From NCBI GenBank assembly GCA_977016875.1, contig CDRNST010000007.1, forward strand, positions 2,108,001 to 2,172,000: a DNA stretch of 64,000 nt, in the 5' to 3' direction. Under the pieces are notes generated by a model. That model did not search any database and was not told where the DNA came from. It worked only from the letters and a program-made list of their open reading frames with translations. The DNA comes from Pavona decussata. Lineage: Eukaryota. The translations under genes were made by a program, and so were the position numbers. This document shows positions 25,389 to 37,622 of the stretch, one piece after another. How positions within the stretch are numbered: the stretch's first letter is position 1; every line of letters begins with the position of its first letter.

Positions 25389-28300
25389 TCAAGATACTAA
25401 ACAAAAGAAAACATATTTTATTAACTAGAGAATTTCAACAACTGAAGACCCGGGAGGTGCTAATACCACAAAGCTTTGTAGAGCAATTTTCAAGAATAGC
25501 TTAATGTATGTCTTGAACATTTCGAAAAGTATAGCTCATTAGACTAGCGGGAATCTTCAATCTCTCTCTGAAGAATCCTTCGTTACTCAGAGATTGCGTC
25601 GCCCGGCTTTTAAAAACCTAATTGTACTTGATAAGTGTATTTTTTAAGGCAGTGCCACAGGAATACTCGGAAAAAGAAAAATCCGAGTATGCCTGTGTCA
25701 CTGACTAAAAAAATATAGGTCTATTATTTATTCGCCAGGCTTAAAACATAACATTCATCACCTTTCTTTCACTAATTATACTTTTAACACATAAAATTCA
25801 CGTTTGGGGATATTGCATAAGATTGCATTTCACGCAAGAGCGGTTCAAAATATTTCTAAGCAAGACGATCAAGTAATCTAAAAAATATATAGAAAGTAAT
25901 ATCTCATGCTATTGAAGATTTTCATGTATATTTTTGTTATTTTGCTAAAAGTTTTGTATTAATAGGAAATTTATTCCCATACAATCACGTGACAGCAGTC
26001 ACCGTGAACTTCCAGCACATTTGAATTAATGAAAAATTTCGTCTATTTCGAAACGAGTTTTGTTTTTGAAAAAGAACGCACCCCTCATTGTTAGGAAATT
26101 GATATTCTCGCAGTGAAAGCACTCGCTTATTTTACAACTCAATATTTTACACTATCTTCCTATTCAGCTCACTTGGTAATTAGAATTTTCATAAAACTGT
26201 ACAACAAATTCTTTCCTTTTCATTTTTTGGGAAAGTAAAACGAAAAAAGAAACTGAAGTCATTTTAATTTAAATTTTCTGTTTTAACAAATATCATAAAC
26301 TGATATTCCTTCATCGGTTCGGTTCAGTTAAAACGTATTTCGAGAATGCGGTAAATTAACTAAAAAACTGTCAATCATTAAAAATTAAACACAAATTACG
26401 ATCCAAAGCTTTTTAAAAAAAAGGTGTTTATGAAGCCTAATTAAAAAGAGGTTGGTTAGTTTTAATATGTGCAGATGGACTTCCACGACACCTTTCATTT
26501 CTTGTTATTTTCGGCTGTCAGCACATCAAGTCATTATGTTTGTTAAAATTCACTAATTTTACCATTAAATATTAACTTGGGAAGGGGTGGACATGTGCCA
26601 AATCACACTATTTTTATTTCGATATTAAGGCCTTTGGCACGACCTTAACATAATCAGTGTTGAGTGAGTTGTATAAAATGGGCGTTTTTTAAACCATGCA
26701 GTGGTTCAACTAACAGAAATTTAAACCTTGAAGCACGAAAGACAGAAAGAAGAAAAAAAAAATATCTGAATTATGACAGGCACTTTTTAACTAAGCTTCG
26801 CTACAGATATTCGGTAGCATTTTTTCTTTTCATAAGTTTGTGACAATATTTAGGCTGATATTTTTACTGTTAGTGAAGTAATGTGTTGAGTACATGTATT
26901 AAAAGAGGGAATGATTAAATGCAAAATAATTAATCCAAACAATAAGTTGCAATGTCTTATTTCAAATGTTATTTAAGGTAAAAAGGTGGATTATTTTCCG
27001 AGGTATTATCACTAATTTAAAAACGCTGTTGGTGTCAAGGACGCCCAGATATTTTCTCACTTTTTTGTTTATCGCTTAGTGATTTTATAATACAATATTT
27101 CTGTGTTTGTGAGTTTTAAGCTATTATCTAGAAACTGTTCAAATTCAAAATTCACCTCATATATGTTTTGTGCGTACGTTTCTTACGAGCGCGTTAAAAT
27201 TTCATTTCATTAAGAAGCAGTCTTGGAACAAATTGTGAATTTTGTCTTTAAAAAAATTAACAAATTGAAGAGATCGCGTGTCGCACGTATCTCATAATAT
27301 CTGAAACGCTCCGAGCTGCATGCTTATGCTTCCCCAGTTTTGTAATAAATACAATCTTTACATCTTCACTTGGGTTGATTAAAAATTAAAAGGAGCTTTC
27401 ATTTCATTCAACAAGAGAGGCATAATACAAACCTATAAATATTAAGAAGAACGTTTCTGGTTCTGTCCACTTATTTCCAATTTAAAACGTTGAAAAATGC
27501 CTAAAAAGTACGGCTTGATATCATACAAACTCAAAAGTTTTATTTGCGATGTCAGTATTTCTGTTTTAATTGTTATTAAAATGGGGAAGACGGTGTAGGA
27601 ATAGTTCATTGACACTTACATATTCTTTCCGTGCGATCACCGTACAGGATTAAAGATGTGTTTTTGAGAAGATTAACGCCTATAGGTGATAGTTATACCA
27701 TTTTACACTTCTGAGGACTTAATTCACAAAGCAATGGACGAAAGCAACCACTTCTTTTCCGAAACCGGTCCAGTTTTTTTTTAATAAAACTCGCAACGGC
27801 CAATGCTATCGGCAATTTTGTAGACACCAACAAAACGAGTTATTCGGCGTTTGATGTGCTATATAGGCGCGAATAGGATATCCACGAAATTAAAAGTATG
27901 TAAACACAGCGAGATCTCACTCTGAACCTTAAAGAGAATGACACTTAACATTGGCGGTGCGACCTTAAAGTAAAAACAACACAACTGTTATGTATATCCG
28001 AGAGAAAGATTAATTCCTTCACGTATTTTCAAACAACAGTGCACGGTAAATGAGGAGCGGTAGCGACACAGTGAGCATTTTATTGCTAATAGAAACTTCA
28101 GTGAATATCATCTCTCTTACCTAAATCGGTGCTTGAGAAGAATAAAAATTCTAAGTTGAACTCTCCACCGAAACGCACACAGAACTCAACTATTATTTGC
28201 TCTAAAAATTTGCTCGAGCCGAGAAAACTTTATGTACCTATAGCCAGGTGCGCCGGCGGTGTACAGCGTAGAAACGTCACACTATAGCTATTTACCTTGT

Positions 28301-30501
28301 TGTTTTCATGAATTACATCAAGTAGCTTCGGATGTATAAACACCCAGCGGGTATCGGCTGAAATGACTTTGTAATGTGTAATGTTGGTATAAGAGGGCGG
28401 ACTCAAGCTTTGACGAAAAATGTTTCTCTCTTGGGCTGTTAGACCTTTTCGCGGTACTGAAAATTCCACCATTTTCTGATTTTGGAAATAATCCAAAGCT
28501 GGTCACGGAACATGATACAGAAAAGCGTTGTGTGGAAAAATCCTGACTGAATTCGATTTTAGATAATTTCCGTAAAATTTGTAACCTAAACAAATTGTCA
28601 AGTGAAAACTTAAGCTACCAGACAAACGATTGTTATTTTGAAACGTCGATGATGCCGTTCTGATAGAAAAAGGGGAATTGCAGTCTTGTTTATTAAAACC
28701 CAGTTAAAATTCCCGTGAAAAGGTAAGGTTTTTCCACACAAACAGTGTATTTTAATAGAGTTACGTTGCTCCCCAATTCCACAGAAGCACTATTTTGTCG
28801 TAAAAGGAAGTTAGTGGAACCTTTCCAAGGTGATTGAGTACAATAATATCCAGCCAAGAGTAGTTAGGACTGATGTTTGTTTATGAGAAGTTTAGTCGAA
28901 CTTTGAACACCAGGTTCTTTCTGATAAAGAATTTCGCTAGCTCATAATGGAGGAGCCATCGCTGGCGATTAAACAAATGCAACAAATTGCGGGACATGTG
29001 TATCGTGCCGTGATCATGAAAGTTAATAAAAATAGGCCATTCAGCATAACTCAAGACGTTCAATGCTGTTGAACCGAAAAGAACTGGAATCTATATAAGA
29101 AAAGTTTACGATTATAAACCGGAGGAAGCCTGCTCTGGGTCTGTTGTCTTTAATTCGCTTCAAAGATCTTGAAACCTAAATAGCGGAAAATTCAGTTTAT
29201 TTGTCGCTTAGAACTAATGACGGTGCTATGAAACAGACAAAATTTTCTGTTAGTTTTTTCGGTGGATGCTGCTAAACCTAAATCATGCAGACATAGTTAA
29301 TGATTTCACAGGACTAAAACTGTAATTGTGATGGAAAAAATCCACCTGCAAAGTCCAAAAGTTTGAGTGAGGGCGTGCAATTTATTAAAATAAGTTTGGG
29401 TTTGATTGACCGTATTTCAGAGTGAGAAGAAGCGGAATAGCTGTTAGATTTCTCTTTTTACGTGAATTTGGGAGGACATAATTTCTACAAACTTTCGCTG
29501 ATAAATGATAATTGAAGAGCCATTTTGTACTCTAGTAACACCATTGAAGACCTCTTATGGGGAATTTCTTTTCGTCATTGAATGTATTCCTATTCCGTGA
29601 TAGGGTCAGTCGAATGCACCCTGAGGTACCTGACTCCGTAATGGACGCCATTTTAAGCTTTTCTACACTCAAAAACTAACAAAAACTACTTTGTACGAAT
29701 TCTTGACTAAGAGTGGCTTTTATTTCTTGGCATATTTTTTACCAAATAAGAAGATAATTAGCTTCTAATTTAAAGGAGACATTAAAACGTTATGAAGTCG
29801 AAATCATTGGCATACTGATCACCTATTTTGGTGTTCTTTTCATAAACATGTAAATATTGTTCTGTTCATCAGTTCATATATTATTAAAGACTTACCTCCA
29901 AAGGTTAATTTATCGTAATTTTCAAATGGGCGTGTGCCGCCAAAGCTTTAAATTGATGAAAAATTTTCTCTTCTTCGTTTCTGTGACAATCTTAAAGTTT
30001 GAAAATGAAACAAGAACAAACGTGGATCTTTTTGAGCTGCTAAACCAAATAGTGATGCGGTTCAGACTTGTAACAAATATTACAAATATATCTGAATAAA
30101 TTCTACCGCTTTTTCCTACGCGGCAATTTTTCATTACTCTTTAGTTAATGAAACTAATAGAAACCCACTTCTTTCATCACCAATTTGGTGCCATTCATCG
30201 CGTTTTTCACTGCAAAGAATATATCCTCATTCACTGAATTAACCATCGGAACTTAAGAAAAGGATTTATACATTGAAAGCGACCAAAATTGTTGGCGGTC
30301 AATGACAGTATCATAAAGTTTTCATTATTCCTAATGAACGATTTGTTAACTTAACTAACTCTACTATATGACACCATTCTCAACTCTATAAAAGCGACTC
30401 TATAAAATGCAGTCATTCTGTCCAGTGAAGCGGCAAAGTTCTGAATAACTGTGAATAAACAAGTTGGTAGTTCACTTCCCGATAACGAAAAGATCGAAGC
30501 A

Positions 30502-31059
30502 ATGGCTTTGAAGATTGTTGTGATTTTCGTCATCTTCGCCGCAGTGGTAGAGTTCTCCGGCCTTTGTCACGGCCAATACAGATGCATGTTCACCGGCTGC
30601 GGGGGCAAGAGGGAGGTATGTACAACAAACGTTCATTATCTCGACTGGTGCTGCTACTAAGAATTCTTCGTTTCTTTATTGAATTTCTACTGAATAAGAT
30701 AGGTGAACGGATTTCCTTTCGTTTGCAATAAAAGAAAAGTGAACAAATTAGGCTAGCCGCGGCTCAAGCCGACTTCGATTACACTTTCACTTTACGAAGG
30801 TGCTGTTTGTAATTTAGTTTTTTGGAAAAAATTCCAATAAAAATGTCAAGTTATATTCAAATCCTAGGCACTCCAGTTTACGATATCGATATTTTTGTCC
30901 TTTGTTTGTTCACAGGAGCTGGAAGATGCCGGTGTTTCTTTACCAGAGAGGGACACGGTTCCCTTGAACGAGTACAGACGAAACAGGCTGTTGCGGTTGT
31001 CAGATATCATGCGACAAAACAAGCGAAACCAGTTTGACGACTCTAGGCAAGAGAAGTAA
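30502..31059 (+). CDS. Prepropeptide P6, join(30502..30615,30916..31059), 85 aa; predicted peptide pQYRCMFTGCG-amide
   Basis: MALKIVVIFVIFAAVVEFSGLCHG|QYRCMFTGCG-GKR-E, GTATGT donor, TTTGTTCACAG acceptor, exon 2 ELEDAGVSLPERDTVPLNEYRRNRLLRLSDIMRQNKRNQFDDSRQEK*. TATAAAA at 30387 and 30401; AATAAA downstream. Confidence 0.92.
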
Positions 31060-34000
31060 TGAACCTTAGCATAATGTCAAGACCCCGAGGAGAACAGCGA
31101 ACAAACACGATAAAGTAAAATAAACCAAATCAAGAATAAGAATTATATTGTAAAAAGCACACCTAACACAACACTATGTATTCTTGAATAAAGAAGGTAA
31201 AAATATAGTGCTGTGTTTTGAAAACAGTGTCTACAAAGTTATTCACGGTAGCTAACTTTAAGTTGACGATATCCTCTCAACTTTTACTCAAATTCTATCC
31301 TTTTCACCCTCTTCATTACACATAAAGTGAAAACTTGTACTCTTTCTTATACCTTGAGCGAAAGCATAATCCTTTTGTGCTAGCAAGCGCAATCTTCACG
31401 CTGTAACTTCTTCCACCAATGTCTGCCCAGGTTTTCCTACCCTTTCAAGTAATTCTTGGAATTAATTACAGACTTCCCTTTCCCCCGCCCCCTTACTCCA
31501 TTTTGCAACCCTTTAAAACACTTAAATTTTTCATTTCACTACCCTTTCGCATAATACAAGAGCGAAAAAGGAAAAGTCTTTTTGGCGGAGCCTGCCTGTG
31601 GCATATTTTCCATCTTATAATCCATCAAATATTTTCGCTCGCGCGCGATTGGTCTAAACGCCTCACGTGACCGAATATACCCCAGCTAAAAAATATCCGA
31701 TGATACTCCCCAAGTGATATTCCCCAATTTCAAAAACTTCAGGGCGCGTCTTGTTTACAATTAAAATTAATGTCAAGATGGGGAAACGCTTTGCTTTTGT
31801 GACAGAAGGAGAGATAAACCTGCTGGTCGATAAAGCAGTATCAGAAAACAACATACGCTCTAAACGTTTTTGACGGTAAACTGTTCTTAAACGAAATGTT
31901 CAAATACTCAAGCTCGTTGCTACATCGGTTGCGAAAAATATTTGAAGCTCACAATTTTCCTCGATCGAGCTTCGCTCTCGGAAAACTGTTCGCTTCTCGG
32001 AACAGGTAATGTCCAAGGAGAAATATCTGAGCATAATGGAGGCTATTGTTTATATATAATCGTACGCACGAGATGTGATACAAAGGAAGTGATTAATATT
32101 AATATTATGAAAACTAGAATTAGTTATTGGCATCTAAAATAATGTTATACTCATCGGATCATTGTTAACTTTTTAACCTCCAAACTTCAATTCTTGAATT
32201 GCGGACCTACGTGAAGAAACGGGAGAAAACGATTAAAAACGACTGAACTCGACAAGTTTGCCTCAAAGCGTTCGTCAGTTTTTTTTTTGTCAACTGCGCT
32301 TTCTACTGTGAATTAAAAACCAAGCCAGGTAAACAAATTAGCACAGCGTATGGCAAAAACGCTATGAGTTTCATCTGAAATTCTGAAAAGGGTAAAATTG
32401 AAGTTATTGAAAATTACAATTATAACAGTTCATTCACGTTTCGGAGTTCTTTTGGATTTAAAAGGTGTAATATGTTATTATTTTGAGTGGCATTACTTTT
32501 AGATGACTTTATAAACCATATACGTATACCTGAATTAGCCAGTATCTTGAAGGCTAACTGTTTAGGTCATTGGCATCGCAGAATACACGAGAAGTTTTTA
32601 ACTTCTCTGGACAATTCAGAACTGTTGAAGCGGCAGTAAATTTTACGAAATGGAGAACGTACCTTTGATGCTGTAGTCAACACCTGACTGCAGAACTTTT
32701 AATTGAAACAGATCATTTAATTGTGCAACGAGACATGAGAAGAAACCACGTAGATTAGTGCTCGCTTTTTTGTTCCATCTGTGCCCTCAGCGCGTTACGG
32801 AGCCATTTTAATTACATATAGCGTTTCTGTAATATTCCTGCGAAAACACCGCCTCGGTGATATTTGTTGAAAAAAAAAAACTGATTAATTTTGTATGTTT
32901 AGTGAAATTCTAAGATAACTTTTTGGGTGTATTAGTATTAAAACTGAACAAATTAAACAAAAACAAACATATCTTCGCTACGTTTATTGCAAATCGACAT
33001 GGTCCGCATTGACTACTCCAAGCCGACTTAAAAATTACTGTCGATTCATAAATATGAATGATTAATATACAGCTGCAAATGATTCAGCGTTTCTGTAACA
33101 ACAGCTACAGGTGTTCGTCGTCAAGCTTTGGAAGGAATACGACGAATCTAGTGTAATTTAGCAAAGGTTTGAGGTTTAGACTATGAGGTGCGATATTCCG
33201 CGTGTCCGCTCTATAACGAGAGCATGCAGCATTTTGTTTTATCAAAGCAAATTGAGGAAACAAGCTTTTAATATTGCTTGCGTTTGTATACTGTTTTGTA
33301 CACGTGGTTGAGAGATTAAATATTTCTTATAAATGAAGCTAAGACCCACGCGGTAAATTTAGTTACTAATTAATCAGCTGCAAAAGAAGTATTTGAAACA
33401 TACGCGTTGTTAAATGATCGCTCTTGCACCACGCAACTAACTTCATAGCAATTTCTGATTTCATTGAACTGCCTTTTGGAAAACAAGGCACGTTTTTCGT
33501 CATATTTTTTCGGAATCTTCAAAATTGATGTTGAGTTAATTGGAATCACAATCAGTTTTTGATTCGCTTGAAATGAACGTGTAGGTTGAATAAAAATGTT
33601 TACTTGGAAGGGGAGTAAAGTGGAATTAGTTATTTTTGTATTAACTATTATGACAGTCATTATTTAGTGGTTCTACGGTTAACAAAAAGGCGTTATTGTA
33701 ATGTAAATTGGAAGCCGAGTTCGCTCCGATTGGCTGAAAGCAATGATTTATCTGAGCATAAATAATAAAAAAATCGTGTTTTTTTTAATAAGACCAAAGT
33801 TCTATAATTGTTGCCAATAAGAAATTTACAATAACTTTAACCAAACAGGTGGTCCTTCGCATTGAAAAATTACCATAATCGTCATCGATGATTGAATGTG
33901 GGAGTCTTTCTTCGGAGGTAATAATTTGCTACAAGAATTTCATTCATGGCTGATACCTTACGGCGTAAAACATTTAAGCTAATGAAAATACAAAAGGCTT

Positions 34001-34089
34001 CCGTTGGTTATTGTAATTGATGCGTCCTATAAAGCTATGACGGCCAAGCTTAAAGCGAAAGTTCCTTTATCACCAAACAAAAAGTAACA

Positions 34090-35539
34090 ATGACGTTTAA
34101 AATGCTTCTTGTATTCCTGGTGTTGGTGGCGGTCGTCAACTTCTCTGGTCGTTGTAAAGGCCAGCAATCGCCTTGGGTTTGTTTATACAGACCTTGTAAA
34201 CGTCAGGTTAGAGAAATATATTTTTCCTTTCTCAGTTCATGAAAGAAACTTATCATACACACAGAACCATTCTTAGCAGTCGTTTTAAAAAGAGGCATTG
34301 AACAAACAGACTAACCGGTTTTATACTTGCCTGGTTTTTTCACTGAAAGGCATCGATGTACGAGATAGATATTCATTTTCATGAAAATGTCGGTTTTACT
34401 TAGGTCAGTTTAATGGCGCTTGATTGCTAAATTGCGGTAAAACAGATGTACTGAAAAATTGTTAGTTACTTATATTTGCCCACAATTATTCCATTTTTCC
34501 TGTGGAAACCTATAAACTTTAATGTGAGTTTTATTAAAAAGTTTACATCATATTACTCAACAATATAAAATACGCTAGTCGACTGTCGCGCCTGTTGTAC
34601 CTTAAGTCGTTAAAATTTAATGGATAGATAGCCCTTATAAGACATGCAAACTGATCAGAAAGGTCAGTAATTTTGAAAATTTAACACACCAAGAGTGACG
34701 ATGGCCTTCAAACGTTTTCTTGTGGTATTTGTGGCGTTGATAGCAGTCATCGAGTTCACTGGTCGTTGCAGGGGTCAACTGAAATGTACGCTCCATCCAT
34801 GTACAGGGCAGGTTAGAAAACAGAAAATTCTGCCTCAATTTTAGTGCGAAGCTTTTCAAGTTATAATTTATTGCCCAGTACAAATTTTAATTTAAAGCAT
34901 CGAAGCCTCTGTCGACACTTTTATTAGTTGTTCGTTCTAAAAGATACAAACATTGCCCTCACAAGCTCAACTAGAAAAGTAACTCTTTCCGATATAATTT
35001 AGCTTTGTTTCAATAGAAAGCTAAAGAGAGGAAAGAGCTAACAAATTTGGATATTTCAGGGGTAATCTACGGTTTTCGTCTGTGAAATATCTGCAGTTGA
35101 AAAGGGTATAAACCATCTCAGAAATTCGGATTAGATTCTGAACACAAAGTTCTTTTTGTTGGATACATATGTCCGTTTTAATTTGGTGCGAAACGATAAA
35201 GGTTAGCTAGCATTTTAGGGAACAATGACCGGTTGTAAATTCGGTAAGATTCTGTTGCCAAAAATTTTCAGCTAAAGAATCCGAACCACTGATTAGACCG
35301 TGTTAGCTTGTATGAAACTCTTTATAATGATCATCATAAAACGGTTTGGTGCCACAGGAGACAACATTCTACGAATTTCCATTTAATTTTTTCAGGCAGA
35401 TCCAGCTGACATGGCTTCGTTCGATGATGGAGCCCTGAAAAGAAACGAATTCAGACGCAACAGGAAGATCAAGCTCGCAGATTTTCTACGAAGCTACAAA
35501 CGGCGGGAAAACTTTAAAAGCAATTCAGATGAAGAATAA
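34090..35539 (+). CDS. Prepropeptide P7, join(34090..34206,35396..35539); predicted peptide pQQSPWVCLYRPC; alternative first exon sharing exon 2 with P8
   Basis: MTFKMLLVFLVLVAVVNFSGRCKG|QQSPWVCLYRPC-KR-Q, donor GTTAGA, TATAAA at 34028. No exon-2 homologue lies before the next first exon, so the join is inferred. Confidence 0.75.
34701..35539 (+). CDS. Prepropeptide P8, join(34701..34811,35396..35539), 84 aa; ring peptide QLKCTLHPC
   Basis: MAFKRFLVVFVALIAVIEFTGRCRG|QLKCTLHPCTGQ, donor GTTAGA, TATAA at 34636. Acceptor TTTTTTCAG, then exon 2 ADPADMASFDDGALKRNEFRRNRKIKLADFLRSYKRRENFKSNSDEE*. Confidence 0.9.
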
Positions 35540-36076
35540 GGAACTTTCGCAAACAATAAAGTGAACATAAAAAAGTAGCGCAAAAAATTAACTTGTAAAC
35601 ATTTAGTGATAAAAATGTTTTTAATTGCACATAGATGTTATATTATAAATAAGTAAGTCCAGACGGAGTAAAATTATGTTCCACGCCAATGCAAGAATAA
35701 AGAGGCAAATTACGCCAAATATTGTGTGCTTATGGTGACTGACTGAAACATTAATAAATAAATTAGTTAATCAATGAACCAAATAATTAACAAATAAGCT
35801 TCTCTCCCAACAGGTTTTAATAACCCATCCTGAAAAAAGTTATAATTTGGAACCTAAAATGTTAACTCCCTTTTTGGAGTTAAAACAACCCTCTGAAAAC
35901 CTCATATCTTACAATTGTTATTGTTTTGTATAAAGTTGGTTTAAATTTGCAGTCAAGTTTTGTTATTCTTACGTGACAAAAAGAGGTAATTCGATATAAA
36001 GTCGTGCTAAACGAGCCCGGCTAAGTGGCCCGCACGGCCAGAGGAAAGTTGTTTTATCACCGAACAAAGAGTTACA

Positions 36077-36203
36077 ATGGCGTTGAAAATTTGTCTCGTG
36101 TTCGAGCCCGCTGTTGTTGTCGGCAGTGGTCATTAACCTCTCTGGTCTTTGTAAAGGACAGGAATCGCCTTGGGTTTGTTTATACAGACCTTGCAAACAT
36201 CAG
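36077..36203 (+). pseudogene. Frameshifted copy of the P7 first exon (would encode QESPWVCLYRPC-KHQ)
   Basis: ATG 36077; a 7-nt insertion GAGCCCG in the signal sequence leads to an early TAA. KR has changed to KH. The GTAAGA donor is retained. Confidence 0.85.
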
Positions 36204-36726
36204 GTAAGAAAGGATATTTTTCCTTTCTCGGTTCACGAAAGAAACTAATCTTATATACACAGAACCATTCTTAGCAGTCGTTTAACAAAGAGGCATTGAA
36301 CAAACCGGACTAACCGGTTTTGTGTTTGCCTAGTTTATTCACTGAAAGATATCGAGATATTCATTTTCTTGACAATGTCTTTTTTTTTTTTTTACATATG
36401 TCAGTTCAAAGGTGGTTGATTGCTAAATTGCGGTAAAACAGATGTACTGAAAAATTATTAGTTACAATCATATTTGCCCACAATTATCCCATCTTTTTTA
36501 ACCTGTCTTTCTGAAACTATAAACGTTAATGTCAGTTGTTCAGTTTTATTAAAAAGTTGACATCATACATCTCAACAAACATGTAAGCCAATGTAAAACA
36601 CTCAAGGATGTCTTGTTTTGTACCTTAAGTCGTTAAAATTTAATGGATAGATAGCCCTTATAAGTCGACGTGCAAAATGAACACAAAGCTCAGTAATTGC
36701 GAGAGTTAAACGCCCCAAGAGTGATG

Positions 36727-37622
36727 ATGGCCTCCAAACGTTTTCTTGTGGTATTTGTGGCGTTGATGGCACTCATTGAGTTCACTGGTCGTTGCAGGGG
36801 TCAACTGAGTTGTACGCTCCATCCATGTGGAGAAAAGGTTAGAAAACACAAAATTCTGCCTTAACTTTGGTGCAACTGGCACGACTGTTAATTGTAAAGT
36901 GAAGCTTTTCAAGTGATAATTTATCGCCCAACAGAAATTTTAATTAAAGCACTGAATCCTCTTTCGACACTTTCGTATGTTCATTCTAAGGGATAGAAAC
37001 ATTGCCTTCACAAGCTCAACTAGAAATGTAACACTAAAGAGAGGAAAGTGCTACCCAATTTGGATATTTCGAATTTAGGGGTAATATAAGGTTTACTTTG
37101 GTGGAATAGCTGCAGTTCGAAAGGGCATAAACCGCTTCAGAATTTCGGATTCTGTTGAAAATGTTGAGGTTTTGTTAGATCTTTCACTAAATGGTCACTT
37201 TAAACTTTTGAAACAAGTACTTATTCCTTTTGTTCTCAGCGGGGGGACATGTGCCCCTTTTGGTGCCAAATAAGGCGAGCAATCGTTTTCGGAAAACGAT
37301 GGCCCTGTAAATTCGGAAGTAAGATTCTGTTGCCTAACATTTTCTATGCTGTTAAAATTTTCAGCTAAAGAATCCGATCCAATCAAACTATTTTAGCTGC
37401 ATAAAACCCTTTGTACTGGTCATAAAACGACTTGGAAATACAGAAGACAACATTTTACGAATGTCCATTTAATTTCAGGAAGATCCGGCTGGCGTGGCTT
37501 CGTTCGATGATGGAGACCTGAAAAGAAACGAATTCAGACGCAACAGGAAGATCAAGCTGGCAGATTTACTGCGGAGCTACAAACGGCGGGAAAACTTTAA
37601 AAGCCCCGCAGATGACGAATAA
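36727..37622 (+). CDS. Prepropeptide P9, join(36727..36837,37479..37622), 84 aa; ring peptide QLSCTLHPC
   Basis: MASKRFLVVFVALMALIEFTGRCRG|QLSCTLHPCGEK (in-frame ATG also at 36724), GTTAGA donor, AATTTCAG acceptor, exon 2 EDPAGVASFDDGDLKRNEFRRNRKIKLADLLRSYKRRENFKSPADDE*. Confidence 0.9.

Noticed and set aside
30502-31059. Naming P6 as vasopressin/oxytocin or CCAP
   Set aside because: No neurophysin domain and no PxG tail; the ring is one residue shorter than CCAP. The similarity is too short for orthology, so no gene symbol is given.
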